Shown here piece by piece: positions 36,101-46,142 of a stretch of 64,000 nucleotides of DNA. Both the position numbers and the translations under genes were made by a program. Numbering within the stretch: position 1 is the stretch's first letter; each line of letters starts with the position of its first letter. The notes under the pieces were generated by a model. The model had not been told where the DNA came from. It did not search any database and saw only the letters and a program-made list of their open reading frames with translations. The DNA is taken from positions 620,001 through 684,000 of the forward strand of contig CBFFRQ010000043.1 of the NCBI GenBank assembly GCA_965644315.1, read 5' to 3'. The stretch comes from Caecitellus pseudoparvulus. Lineage: Eukaryota > Protista > Bigyra: Bicosoecida.

Positions 36101-36843
36101 GGACTCTTCAACACAGGTGGTGTCAGAGCGCGGCGATGCACCGCTGCAGTGGGGTGCTGGGCTTCCAGAAGCGCACGGGCCCCAGTGTGGTCGAAAGAGT
36201 GGGATGCAGTTGGGTAGGCGAAGTTCAGCAACGGCTTGGGGGCAGAGCCGTCTGCAGCAGCTGCTCTCCGGTGTGGAGTGCACCAAGCAGCTTTGAAGCC
36301 TGAGCTGTCGGCAGCTCTGGCGACACGCTGCATGTACTTGTCTGCAAGAGAACCAGACCTCAAGCTGCTGGCATCGGGGCAGTCTTGCACAAAGGTGTGC
36401 ACGGCGGTGAGGACGTGGCGTTGCACTTCGGCGTGGTCGGCAGAGTGGACGCCGGAATCAAGAGTGACGAACACCCGTTCTTGGGCAAGTGCCACGCGAG
36501 CCTCGGCGTGCTCCTTCGCTGTCTCGGGCATGGCAGTGTCAACCATGAGCTTGGCAGCGTCCATGAGGGCAGTGGCGTCGTCATGGGCGTGCAGTGGAAT
36601 GCTGACGTGCAACGCGGCCCGCGCAAAGTACTCGTCATCGAACTCGCTCAGTCCCAGTGCGTCCGAGGACTTGCTGACCATCCTGGAGAAGATATCTGGA
36701 ATGTCATGCTTGGTTTCTGGGCTATAAAGCTGGATGTCGATTGGGCGGGCGTTGTTGGCTGGTGCTTCACTCGCTGTTGCGTGAGAAACAACGCAGCACA
36801 AAGTTGCCGCCCCGAACAGGAGCAGCCGCAGAGGCTGGCGCAT
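33184..36843 (-). CDS. Type I membrane/surface protein, 1219 aa, with two Cys-rich repeats
   Basis: Intronless ORF. Signal peptide, beta-rich ectodomain, Ser/Pro/Gly stalk, TM AIAGSTVAAVVAIAAALAAVWWF and a cytoplasmic PPPPY. Confidence 0.85.
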   Translation of the reverse strand: MRQPLRLLLFGAATLCCVVSHATASEAPANNARPIDIQLYSPETKHDIPDIFSRMVSKSSDALGLSEFDDEYFARAALHVSIPLHAHDDATALMDAAKLMVDTAMPETAKEHAEARVALAQERVFVTLDSGVHSADHAEVQRHVLTAVHTFVQDCPDASSLRSGSLADKYMQRVARAADSSGFKAAWCTPHRRAAAADGSAPKPLLNFAYPTASHSFDHTGARALLEAQHPTAAVHRRALTPPVLKSPLHLITLRTKPLYTLPDGSRRHRMLASASSESMGNISVGYDVLVRPEVLSLDDRAEVLEVNCTAAPVITVTSAHPLPIEANVTALEGDTQWGCNVDDSHEDNSFLVRVLDVADTLLESGLLQYTMRVKVLSPLAGAAVMETVMHVSPGKPQNDTALLSGPASDETEADAKRRTSISCDNSIFGVVSLAVYAMFDCSATVYTWRWNVDRSGNVIQNKLRPFSSISSIWFEDTYFSFRATVHLELSSYAGPSGIGVPHLVAKVTLTGSAKVLVVATETTRTSSTWSALTSLLEVQDVVVYVGSLPVRVLVHVGLVSRKPESTLSNLRAEVGATYTLHDASLGVQYSNKLKPSGSSSCYCVSACGSLRGSVWCYMNEGCTSSVLGSGKSSGFKWAYCGSFVTQNSGWDTIASLSHSLTKIGPSVSSNGVTVRSGVAKYQLGAQMRLTLFDTVPLTLTPYFETELDFDPARRQLQGLEHSPGTALQRQASGSCASSYSTGSAGLRIGRSGVDIGIDDVTIDFPIVGEYTILSAFSLLNIQLTNPHSTRYSMELCAPVPTPSPAAAPCSDSALKRVYSIDRVEVVDPSYEACNGWASADFGCTRGPVELTRSDGMCKFYCVDAYFTCGPVSADSLGPWAALPAPSPYPSREPSPSAALSRSPAPASSAATTSSTLCPSNAYAPGHNEDWVSVVDEGGIACSGWAISDFGCTSGPVYFTRSEGICKFFCVEAYFTCLPLSADSLGPWAGTTPPSPYPSPIPSGTLSPTFGAPPPSPSSTSARTPQPTTSPRLAVGGASSRGDQGQGGGDGAAGGGGSAGSDASTAGGGGSSAANSDQNQGQEDGSTGAIAGSTVAAVVAIAAALAAVWWFKFRGKNTPPSIKAKPSGDSSDAAAAQPEHAPAPQAMAPALPQPVQPQQGYMPGGVAGVAGAPPPPYPQSAQQHHTVAYAPTAPGSSTGGDFMRNNPLVAARQAQSLSM
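33848..34374 (-). repeat. Two diverged ~200-nt coding repeats (Cys-rich module), about 324 nt apart
   Basis: ACNGWASADFGCTRGPVELTRSDGMCKFYCVDAYFTCGPVSADSLGPWA versus ACSGWAISDFGCTSGPVYFTRSEGICKFFCVEAYFTCLPLSADSLGPWA. Confidence 0.9.
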
Positions 36844-38012
36844 GTTGATGAACCGTGATGGATGGCAGCGCCACTTCAGAGGTCAAGTGACCAAAATGTG
36901 AAGCTTCGATCTTCAGGTGATGTTGATGTGTCCCCTGTGCGTGAATGTGACAAGCTGGGCCACCTCTCGATCGGCCTGGTGAGAAAAGCTCGGCGAGTCA
37001 AGCAATACAAGAGCGTGGAGTGCCAGAGAGCCTTTGGAAGATGTCCGCCGCCATGCCAAACGTGGAAAGCAAGGCTTTTCCGGGGACCCCTGAACTTGCT
37101 TGAATGTCCTTAAGCACACACGCCGCATTTAGTTGCAGGATCGCAGATCGACACCGAGAAGGGCATCCCGCGTAAAGCAAGCCTGCGGAAGTACTTGGCA
37201 CACCATGACTCTACCACCGCAAAGCGCACCACCGAGACTCCCAGCTCGCCTGACGACTGCACCGGCATTCGTCGCCCCATCAAGAGTTCAACTCTTCTTT
37301 GTGGTGCAAAGTCACAACCGTGGTGTGCACGGGCAGGGCAGCCTTGGCACGACCCTCTCTCAAGGAGAGAGGCGCCTCCCTTACCTGCATCGAAGATCCC
37401 ACTGCAGCACGTGTGGCGCCTCGCGAGTGTGTACGATTGAATCCCCCTGTTCTGCACCGACCGGCCACAATGAAGGCCTTCAGCTCGCACCTGCACTCGC
37501 ACCGCTGTCGGACTTCTGGGTGGACTCGGTCCCACGCCCGGCGCAACGCCAGCTCTTCAACCATGTACCGCAACTGAGAAGGGTCGTGCGAGGTGGTGAA
37601 GGCTGCTCTTGCATACCTTGCTCCGCTCGCTCCCCTGGTCCACCATGAGCCGTGGAGAAGGTGCAAGACCAACGAGCTACGAAACTCGTGGACAAGCTCA
37701 CCCTCCGCCTATCACGCTGTGCATGGCATGTGCCAGATCATTGAAGTGCTGCTCCATGTTCCACTTCGCGTCCCTGGCCCTGAAGCACAACTTTTGAAGA
37801 TCACGCCTTGGTCATCCGGCAAGGAAGCCTAACCAGACCATACACCCCCAGCCGACCCCCCTCCCCCCGCTCCACAGAGGTCACTTGTCAAAAACGAACG
37901 CCCCTCGCCCATACATACCCCTCTTCTCATCTCACTGCACGCTTCAGACTCCTGCTAAGTTGCAGCCTGAGGCTTACTGCGCTTCTCTGCAGGCGTCACT
38001 CACCACGCCAGC

Positions 38013-39093
38013 ATGGCTCAGCCGTACCTGACCGCCATCAACCTGATGGGATGGATTGACAGCATTAAGGACGAGCTGCAGCCGCCTGTCGGGAACAAGC
38101 TCATGTTCGGTGCTGGGCAGCAGAAGGTCATGGTGGTGGGCGGCCCCAACAAGCGCTCCGACTACCACATCGAGGAGGGCGAGGTGAGCAATCTCCGCAG
38201 GCTGAGGTGCAGGTGATGCGCCGCACCTTCCACGCCCCCCGCCGCCGCAGGAGCTGTTCTACATGCTGAAGGGCAACATGACCCTGAATGTCATGGAGGC
38301 TGGCAAGCCCCGCAGCATCCCAATCAAGGAGGGGGAGGTGTTTCTCCTGCCAGCGCGCGTGCCTCATTCTCCCCAGCGTGAAGCAGACACCATTGGCCTG
38401 GTGCTGGAGCGAGAGCGCCTGGCCACCGAGCAAGATGGATTGCGGTGGTACGTGCCAGGCACCAGCGACATCTTGTTCGAAGACTGGTTCCACTGCACCG
38501 ACTTGGGCAAGCAGCTGAAGCCCATCATCGAAGCCTTCCACGCCTCCGAAGCACACGCGACGGGCGTGCCAGCCCGCGACTACTCCGCGACACAGCCGCC
38601 CGTCGAGGTGGACGATGAGATCAAGATTGGCCATGCTGTGCCCCTACACACCTGGATGGCCCGATATGCCTCCAGCGGCTACGCCTACTTGACGGGGGAC
38701 GACGAGGTGCCGGGTGGGCACTTGAACGGCGACGCTCAGGGCGTTGCCTCCCACGAGAGCGGCTGCCTGAGCCCAGGTGGCGAGTACACCACCATCGTTG
38801 CCCGGGCCGGTGCAGCTGAGGAGTGGGTGACGTACCCAGGGGAGGTCTTCATCTGGTGCCAGCACGGCGCCTGCACTGTTTCCGTGCAGGCGCCAGAGGC
38901 AGGGGACGCCTCCGACCACGCCCTTGCCGAAGGCGAGGTCATGCTTGTTCCTGCTGGGCACAGCGTGAAGACTGTGTGGACTGACGTGGGCGACTCCCTT
39001 GCCGCGGGGTGGATCGTCTCGAACAGGAAGGTGCCCGAGTCAGCGGCGACGCAGCCCGCTGCTGCTGCCACAGCTGCATCCAGCGAGCACTGA
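38013..39093 (+). CDS. HAAO: 3-hydroxyanthranilate 3,4-dioxygenase
   Basis: Exons 38013-38183 and 38251-39093. LQPPVGNK, VGGPNKRSDYHIEEGEELFY, FLLPARVPHSPQR, DGLRWY, FHCTDLGKQL. Confidence 0.96.
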
Positions 39094-39094
39094 C

Positions 39095-39921
39095 TCACCA
39101 CTTGGCAGTGTCTGCCCGAGCTTGTCGGCGCTGCTTGCGCGTGTTGGCTGTGGCTGGAGGGCGGTGACCTGCAGCCCTCCGGGCGAGGTATGCCTGCAGC
39201 TGCCGGGGCGTCAGCTCCTCGCCGCGCCAGTGCACTTTGTAAATGCCGCGTTGGGCAGCTAAGAAATGCAAGACGTCGTCCACGCGCCACCCCTTCTGCA
39301 GGGCAACCAACACTTGGCCCGCCTCCACCACAAACACTTCCGGCTGCAGTCCTCCCAGCACCAACGCCTGTGCGAGAAGCACGCGGGAATGCAGCCCCGC
39401 ACCGCAGCAGGCAGGCCCCGCCCACGCACCTCATGCCATTGGTCTGCCACGTCCTGTGTCATGCCCCTGGTGTGCTTTCCCTGCAAGTGCGCCATGACCA
39501 TGGTCGGACCAGAGCGCTCCTTCTGCTCTAGAACCTCCTCCTGCCCGCCCCTGCAGAAAGCAAACACTCCAGAGCGGTGCGATTTGGCGGGTCGTGTGAT
39601 CTCCGTCGGCCAAGCGCACGCACAGTGTGGAAATGTCCCTCTCAAACGCAGCTCTGCGCTCATCCAGCTGCTGTGCCAGCAGCATGTCTTCCGTCTGCAG
39701 CTCCTCGGCCTCATCGCCAGCCTCCCAGTCTTCGCACCGAGGGAGATCGCGACACAGTTGGCATGTGAAGCCTGTCTAGCGTAACCTTTGCTGCGCGCAC
39801 CTGCTTCCAGGCCTTCCCAGTTTGAAAAAGCTCTCCACTGCGCGGCGCTGCGTTTCTTTGCAGCAGACAGCTGCACAGCAGCACTGCACACCGCAATCCA
39901 GAGAAGGCCGCGCAGTGCCAT
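39095..39921 (-). CDS. MESD/boca-like ER chaperone
   Basis: Four exons splice in frame. Signal peptide, acidic DWEAGDE segment, then GPTMVM..VADQWHEAL..EVFVVEAGQVLV..GWRVDDVLHFLAAQ..V.W.G, which resembles the MESD core. Confidence 0.62.
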
Positions 39922-40117
39922 GCTGCAAAGCAAGCAGATTAGCATACCCTTGTGTGCGCGAATGAGCGCCTGCGGCAGCACGGTATTCGTCAGCGCGGGT
40001 TCGGGAAAATGCTGGCTGTGTCGGGCAGCAACACGCCAAGTGCGGCTAAACAAGGCCATGCCTTGAGCGTCGACTGGCGACAAGGTTCCCAAGTTAGCTG
40101 CTAAATCCCGCTCAACG

Positions 40118-41026
40118 TCACATGAAATCGGCCCAAGCTGAATCCTTCGCCATGGGGGCCCACAGAGAGGCGGGCTGCGCCGGTGAGTTCCTGGCTTCAG
40201 GCAGCTTTGCTGGGGCAGCGGGCTCAGCTGCCTGCCGCATTGCAACCTTGCCAGCAGTGCCCATTCCACTCGATTCAGCAGCCCCTGTCGTGGACTCCCA
40301 CCTGCTTCTCCCACCTGGGCCACCAGCACGATGAGGCGCTGAGCTTGTGCCACTAGACTCTGGCCTGTCCTGCTCTGGGGCTTGGCGCGCCCCTCGCCTC
40401 TTGCGCTTCCCGGAGCCTTCAGCACCGGGAGCGCTTTGTGCACTCTGTCCTGCTTGGGCACGTGGCCTCCGCCTGCCGCCCAGCGCACTGCGCATGGGCA
40501 AAGTCGTCACGAAGCCTTCCTCGTCACTCTCCTGGTCACTCATTGCGCTGCCGCGCGCGGCGCCTGGCCGTGCTGCTGAAGCGTCGTCAAACTCGGCCCA
40601 CTTCGAGGCAGCTGGCTCAACTGACGTCAGGGCTGCTGCTACAGCCGCTTGGCTGTCCGCTGGGAGCTGCAGTGGGGGCTGCGAGGCGGCCAGCTCCTCT
40701 GCCTGTCCCCGCTTCGCATTCAGTGTCATGACGACGGGGCGAACTGAGCATCAAGCAGGGAAGCTGTGCGGAAGGGCCGTTCAAACATTCATCCTACTCC
40801 ACACACCGTCTTTGGCCTTGTCAGCGGATGCAAACACTCGCACGAGGCTCTGCTTTTGCCCGCTGCGAAAAACCACACGCCACGCACGTGCAGCTCCGCC
40901 GGCACCCAGTGCGTGGAGACGGCGAGACACGCACCACATCCTGCACTTCCACTTCTTGGCCTTGGGTTGCTGGATGCCTTGGAAGGTCCTGCACCCGGCA
41001 CACTGCACTGCAATGTACACCGGCAT
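40118..41026 (-). CDS. MRNIP: MRN complex-interacting protein
   Basis: MPVYIAVQCAGCRTFQGIQQPKAKKWKCRM..GQKQSLVRVF..AKDVRPVVMTLN is the MRNIP N-terminal zinc-ribbon pattern; two introns. Confidence 0.82.
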
Positions 41027-41034
41027 GGTGACCG

Positions 41035-41045
41035 TGCGGAAATTG
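41035..41045. promoter_or_regulatory. Representative copy of the recurrent 5'-proximal motif TGCGGAAATYG
   Basis: Lies about 10 nt upstream of the MRNIP ATG; eight other exact copies are listed in findings. Confidence 0.6.
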
Positions 41046-41250
41046 GTCGCGGCGCTGCGCGTGTTTGAAGGTGCAGGGAAGCAGCGCAGAGCAGCGAGCG
41101 GCACGACAGGGAGGCATGACGGGAGGCGGTTTCGTTTTAGCGTACATTGAAGGACCCAGCATGGGGAAGTGCGCACAAGGGGGCAAAAGCATGCAAGGCC
41201 GCTGGCGATGCTGGCGATTTTGCCCGCTGCGCTGTTGCGCAAACCAGCCA

Positions 41251-42985
41251 TCAAGAAGTTCCAGACAGGGAAGCAGCGGTGATGGGCTGCACGCGCACCT
41301 GGGTTGGCTGCTGCACCTGCATGGAAGCAGCTGCGCCCTTGAGCCAGTCGTTCCCCAAGGCGACAGCCAGCATGCTGCCGTCGGGCGAGAAGCCCGAGGC
41401 AGTCACCGGCAGGCCCAGGCCCGGGCAGTGCATGGGGCGGGACATCCTGTCCTTGTCCCAGACACTGAAGGAGCCGTCCCCGCCACCCGTCAGGAAGCAG
41501 CTGCCGAACTGGGCGTTTGTGAAGAACTCCACCGTATGCACAGGGTAGATGATGGTGCCATCGCTGGCGGTGGTGCCGTCCTGCTTCGTGCGGTGCGCCT
41601 TCATGCTGAACTTCTTCTTGGACTTGTCCAGGTTCGCGTCGAAGTACCGCACAGACACTCGGCCTTCCATGGAGCCCATGACGAAGGAAGGCTGCTGCCC
41701 GTGCTTCACCATGCTCAGGCACGTCACCTGCTTGCTGAGGGGACTCTTCATGGACCGGAACACCGCCTGGGTGCCCTTGTTCAAGTCGAACATGTGCACC
41801 TGCTTGTCCGCCGTGACGGCGGTCATGTAGGGGAAGGTGACGTCCATGGCCCACACGCGCTCCCGCAGCAGCGTCTGCGGCACCTCCGCAGCCATCTTGG
41901 GGGCGCGCACGTCCCACAGACGAATGGTGCCGTCCAGCCCCGACGTCGCCAGCATGTTGGCCTGGCTCATCCACTTGCAGTGCCGGATCACCGCGGCGTG
42001 CTGCGGCAGGGCGGAGGGGACGCGACGATGCGGGGCGCAAAGCGGTGCAAGCGGGTGCTGCTCCACACGTACCTGTGCCACGACGGAGCCCTTCCCAGAT
42101 TGCACGTCCCACATCTGCACGTTCTTCGCGGCGCCTGCCAAGAACACGGCGTTCGCGGCCTGCGAACAAAGGTGGCACAGCGGAGCGTGGCCAGGCAAGC
42201 CAGCGGCGTGGCCAGCAACGCAAGCGGCACTCACCGAATGCCACGCAGCGTCCAGAACTGGTGCCCCGTAGTTGAATGTGGCTTGTTGCAGTGCGGCGCC
42301 TGCGAGTGCGCCGTTCTGCGCCTTTTGCGGCTGCACAATGTACGCCTGTGGAGGGGAGCGGGGTTTGCCTGTGAGCAATTTCCGTTCCCAGCAACGAGCC
42401 GCTCCGCGCAGGCGTGGCCGCGCGACGCACCTTGTGGTCCCACCCAGCCACGGCAAAGAATTGGCTCTGCGCCTGCCATGTGATGCTGGTGATGGTGTCC
42501 GTGCCCTGTGGCAGCTGGGCGGCAACTGCCCCGGCAGCGCCAGCCTGCCCGCCCGCTTGGGCTGCCGCTGCGCCGCCCATGAGACCACCACCGCCTCCCA
42601 TCAGGCCACCAGAGGTTTGGCCGCCGCCCATTAGGCCTCCCGTCGCCCCGCCCATCAGCCCGCCAGTTTGTCCGCCCATCAACCCACCTGCTTGTCCACC
42701 CATGAGACCTCCAGTTTGCCCGCCCATGAGACCACCAGTCTGTCCACCCATTAGTCCGCCTGTCGCCCCGCCCATCAGTCCACCCGTTTGCCCTCCCATC
42801 AGTCCACCCGTTTGGCCACCCATGAGACCTCCAGTTTGCCCGCCCATGAGACCACCAGTCTGTCCACCCATCAGTCCACCCGTTTGCCCTCCCATCAGTC
42901 CACCTGTGGCCCCACCCATAAGGCCTCCAGTCTGGCCACCCATGAGGCCACCACCGCCTCCCATGAGGCCACCACTTCCAAGCAT
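41251..42985 (-). CDS. RAE1: mRNA export factor RAE1/Gle2 (WD40) with an N-terminal GLMG-repeat extension
   Basis: DTITSITW..AGWD, APVLD, ERVWAMD, KSPLSKQ, GSMEGRV, FSMKAHR, IYPV, TGGGDG..WDKD, ALGNDWLKG; three introns. Confidence 0.88.
42572..42973 (-). repeat. Coding 24-nt tandem repeat (GGLMGG[Q/A]T), 17 GLMG motifs
   Basis: Visible in both the translation and the DNA, with synonymous variation between units. Confidence 0.95.
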
Positions 42986-43567
42986 AGTGGATAGCAGCCG
43001 CGCAGACACACCTACACCGTCGCCAAATCAACCCAGGAGCATGCTCGGAGAAATTCAGCCGTGGTCCAGACCCTTCTCCAATTTGACGCAAGGTGGCAAA
43101 TGCACCAGTCCATCCATTGCGCTCTGAGGGGCTTCCTAGACCCAGTACGAAGATAACCTCGCAAATTTGGCGTATGTCCCCTGTCCTTGAGCTGCCAACT
43201 TCGCCGGCATCGCCGGGCAACGCCGCTGTGGCCATCGCAAGGCGCCATTGACGCCGTGCAAGCACGGGACGACCCATCCCTTGCGCCACAGCAGACACAA
43301 ACTAGGTCGAGCGCCCAAAACTGCGCTGCCACTGCCAAGTCTGAGACGCCGACCGTCCACCCTTCCAGCCCTGTGTTCTGTGCGCCCACTGCCGTGCGAG
43401 GTGCGTGTGTACCGCCATTGCCCCAGCTCGCGAAGGCACATCGCAAGTTCCGCTGCAACATGCTTCAGAGCTGCCAGTGTGCAGCTGCACTCGCCATTAT
43501 GCACCATAAATAGCCCTGTCCTGTGCATGCACATTGCACCTTACTGCTCCCTGTACAGATCTGCACG

Positions 43568-45038
43568 ATGGCTTCGGAGACGCCCCACAGGAGCCCGTAC
43601 GGTGGGTGGTGACACTGCGTGTCGCTGCGACGCCTGCCTTCTCTGCAGCCTGCCTTGCAATTGCACCCCACGCAGGCTCCGGCATCGCCCAGTACTCTGG
43701 TGCACCTGTGCGTACCTCGCAATGTTTCCATGCAGGGCCCAGCGGCACTGGCCGTTCCGCAGCGACAGGCGCGGCAACAGACGTGCTGCACCTCCTCCCT
43801 CCAACGCGCACAGGCTCCCGTCAGCGGTGGCTTGTTCCTGTCCCAGCGAGGCGGCGAGGCGTCCACCACCAGCACCACGACAGCCGTCTCCGCCTCCTCC
43901 ACGCGGGTGGGCATGCTGGGGGGCTCAGCCCCAGGGGCCTCCCCCGCAGCCCGCCCACCCACGGCACCTGGCGGCACTGCCATGTCACGCCTGAGCGCCG
44001 AGCTGGAGGCAGTGCGCAACAACTGGCGCGCAGAGGGCAGCGTCACCCGCAGCAAGATGATGGACCTGCACCACGCCAAGATCCGCGCAGAGGAGGCGCT
44101 GCACGAGGCCAAGGCGTCCGCCAAGGCCGCCGCCATCAAGGCCACGCAGCGCGAGGACAGCCTGAAGGCGGAGATCTCCTCCCTGCGCTCTGCCCTGGAC
44201 TCTGTGCAGCGGGAGCGTGCCCGGCAGGAGCAGGAGTGGCTCAGCCAAGCAGGCACCTTCCGCCGCAACATCGAGGCGCTGCGGGAGCAGGCTGGCGAGC
44301 TGGACAAGGAGATCCAGACGGTGGAAGCGGGGCGCCAGGCTGCCCTCGCCCGTGCCGAGGCTGCTGAGGCGCAGAACCGCGGCCTGGAGGGCAACCTGCA
44401 GAGCCTGCGCCAAGACATCACGCGCCTGGAGGTGGTGCTCAGCGAAACGCGCTCTGCCGCGTCGCAGGAAGCCAGTGGCCAGCGTGCAGAGGCAGAGGCC
44501 GCTGCAGCAGCCCATGTGCGTACCGCAATGCTGTGCGCTTGTGCCAAACCGTGTCGCACACGCCCGTGCCCTCCGCCCCCCCTCGCAGCGAGACGAAGTG
44601 CAACGCCTGCAGGGCCAGCTGGACGAGCAAAAGCGCAAGTACTCCTCTCTGCATGCAGAGTACACTTCAGTGCGCACCACTGCCGCCCAGACAGAGGAGA
44701 GCCTGCGCGCATCCATCTCGGATGTGCAGGTGCGCGCCGCACGCGACGCGACGGGATTTGAGGAGCGCTTGACCCGCGCAGAGGCCGAGCGGGACCTGGC
44801 CCTGCAAAACGTGGCTCAGCTGAAGCAACTGCTGGCCACTGCTGAGGGGGAGTTCAGCGCCGTGGCAACAGCTGTGGACCTCCTGTCCAGGGGGCAGTCT
44901 GTGGAAGCATTCAGCAGCGGCGGCAGCGGCGGCGGCTTCTCTGCGCCGTCCACGCCGCACACGACGGTGGTGAATGTCAGCACATCGGGTGGCATGGGTT
45001 CCCCTGGCATTTCCAGGCGCCTGTCGCCTTCCATTTGA
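43568..45038 (+). CDS. Coiled-coil protein of unknown function
   Basis: Exons 43568-43601, 43676-43707, 43814-44515, 44589-45038 splice in frame; long heptad-rich E/A/R/L region. Confidence 0.72.
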
Positions 45039-45061
45039 AGTGCAGCTGCGAATGCATTGCC

Positions 45062-45741
45062 TCACAGCTCCTCGGATGGCTTGCGCTTGGGCTTCCATGC
45101 CTTGGTTCCCCTGCGAGGCGAGCCGCGCTTGGAGCGGCGCCCGGAGCCGGGAAGCCGGCGCTTCTTCTTGTCCGAGCCGGGACCACCCTGTTCGCTGCAG
45201 TCGCACACGTCCTTCTGGGACCTCTTGAAGTACGAGCAGCCGCCGATGCGAGTGGCCATGGCAAACAGTGACGCTGTTTGCCTGCACTGCTTGCCATCCT
45301 CCGACTCGGCATCAGGGAAGTGTTCCGCACAGGAGTCCTTTAAACACGTTGAAAAGCTCGCCTCGCAAGAGTCAAAATCGCTGCCACATGTCGTGTAGCA
45401 CTGCACGCAGAAGGAGGAGCAGGCAGTGCTCTGCGCCGCTTGCGGAAATCGCTTCAGCTTTCTCCACGAACCCTGTCGTGCTCGTTGCAGCAATCCGTCA
45501 AGTGGTACCGTTCGCCCTCTTCTTGCATGGGCAGTTCTGCAGTGCCGCATCCATTCCAGCTCGGCTCCTCCAGCTGCTTTAATGCCTTGGAGGGCTGGCC
45601 ATCCGCACACGTGTATGTGCACTCGCCGCTGCCGCCGCCCCCGAAGAGGCTGCTCAAATCATCTAGATCACCACTCCTCGCGCCAGGGACGAGACACAAG
45701 AGAGACGCCAGCACAGCAAAAGCCCCCACACGACCCAGCAT
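45062..45741 (-). CDS. Group XII-like secretory phospholipase A2
   Basis: Signal peptide, NGCG, DCCNEHD(R)|CYTTCG, CEASFSTCL, GCSYFKRSQKDVC; one intron; C-terminal SEEL. Confidence 0.88.
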
Positions 45742-46142
45742 GGTTTATTCGGCCGTGAGGAGGAGGCGCACACGCGCTGGCTGCAGCTGGCGACTCCGGC
45801 CCGACCGGACCTCCACGTGTCAGAAACAACACGATCACGACACAAGCACGCGTAATGAACCGCGATTATTGCTTGGATGGGAGGTTCTGGTGTGGGGCTG
45901 GTCAGGGATTGTTTTTTGGGGTAGTTCGTGTTCTGCTTCACTCCTATGACGTACAAACACAAGGGACTATTTGTTACACTTGAGCACTTAGCACCTAATC
46001 ACAGATTCTCACTACGCACCTGTAGCCAGCTACACAATACTGGTGCGACTCAAAATCTCGACAACAGACACGATTTCACACCCACACCCCTCCATCTCAG
46101 TGCTCTGAGTGTCTTAGCTGCCCCAGTAGGCGACTTTGAACC

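Noticed and set aside
39091-39097. TGACTCA as an AP-1/GCN4 site
   Set aside because: It arises automatically from two opposed TGA stop codons and is not in a promoter position.
42572-42973. Regular 24-nt repeat array as a possible CRISPR array or satellite
   Set aside because: It has no unique spacers or cas genes, and the variation is synonymous, so it is a coding repeat.
40781-43009. 742-aa ORF seemingly fusing GLMG repeats to the MRNIP N-terminus
   Set aside because: Chance read-through across RAE1 introns and the intergenic gap. The spliced models give two separate genes.
43700-43813. Possible GC-AG micro-introns in the coiled-coil gene
   Set aside because: A single canonical GTGCGT..CAG intron (43708-43813) explains the region in frame.
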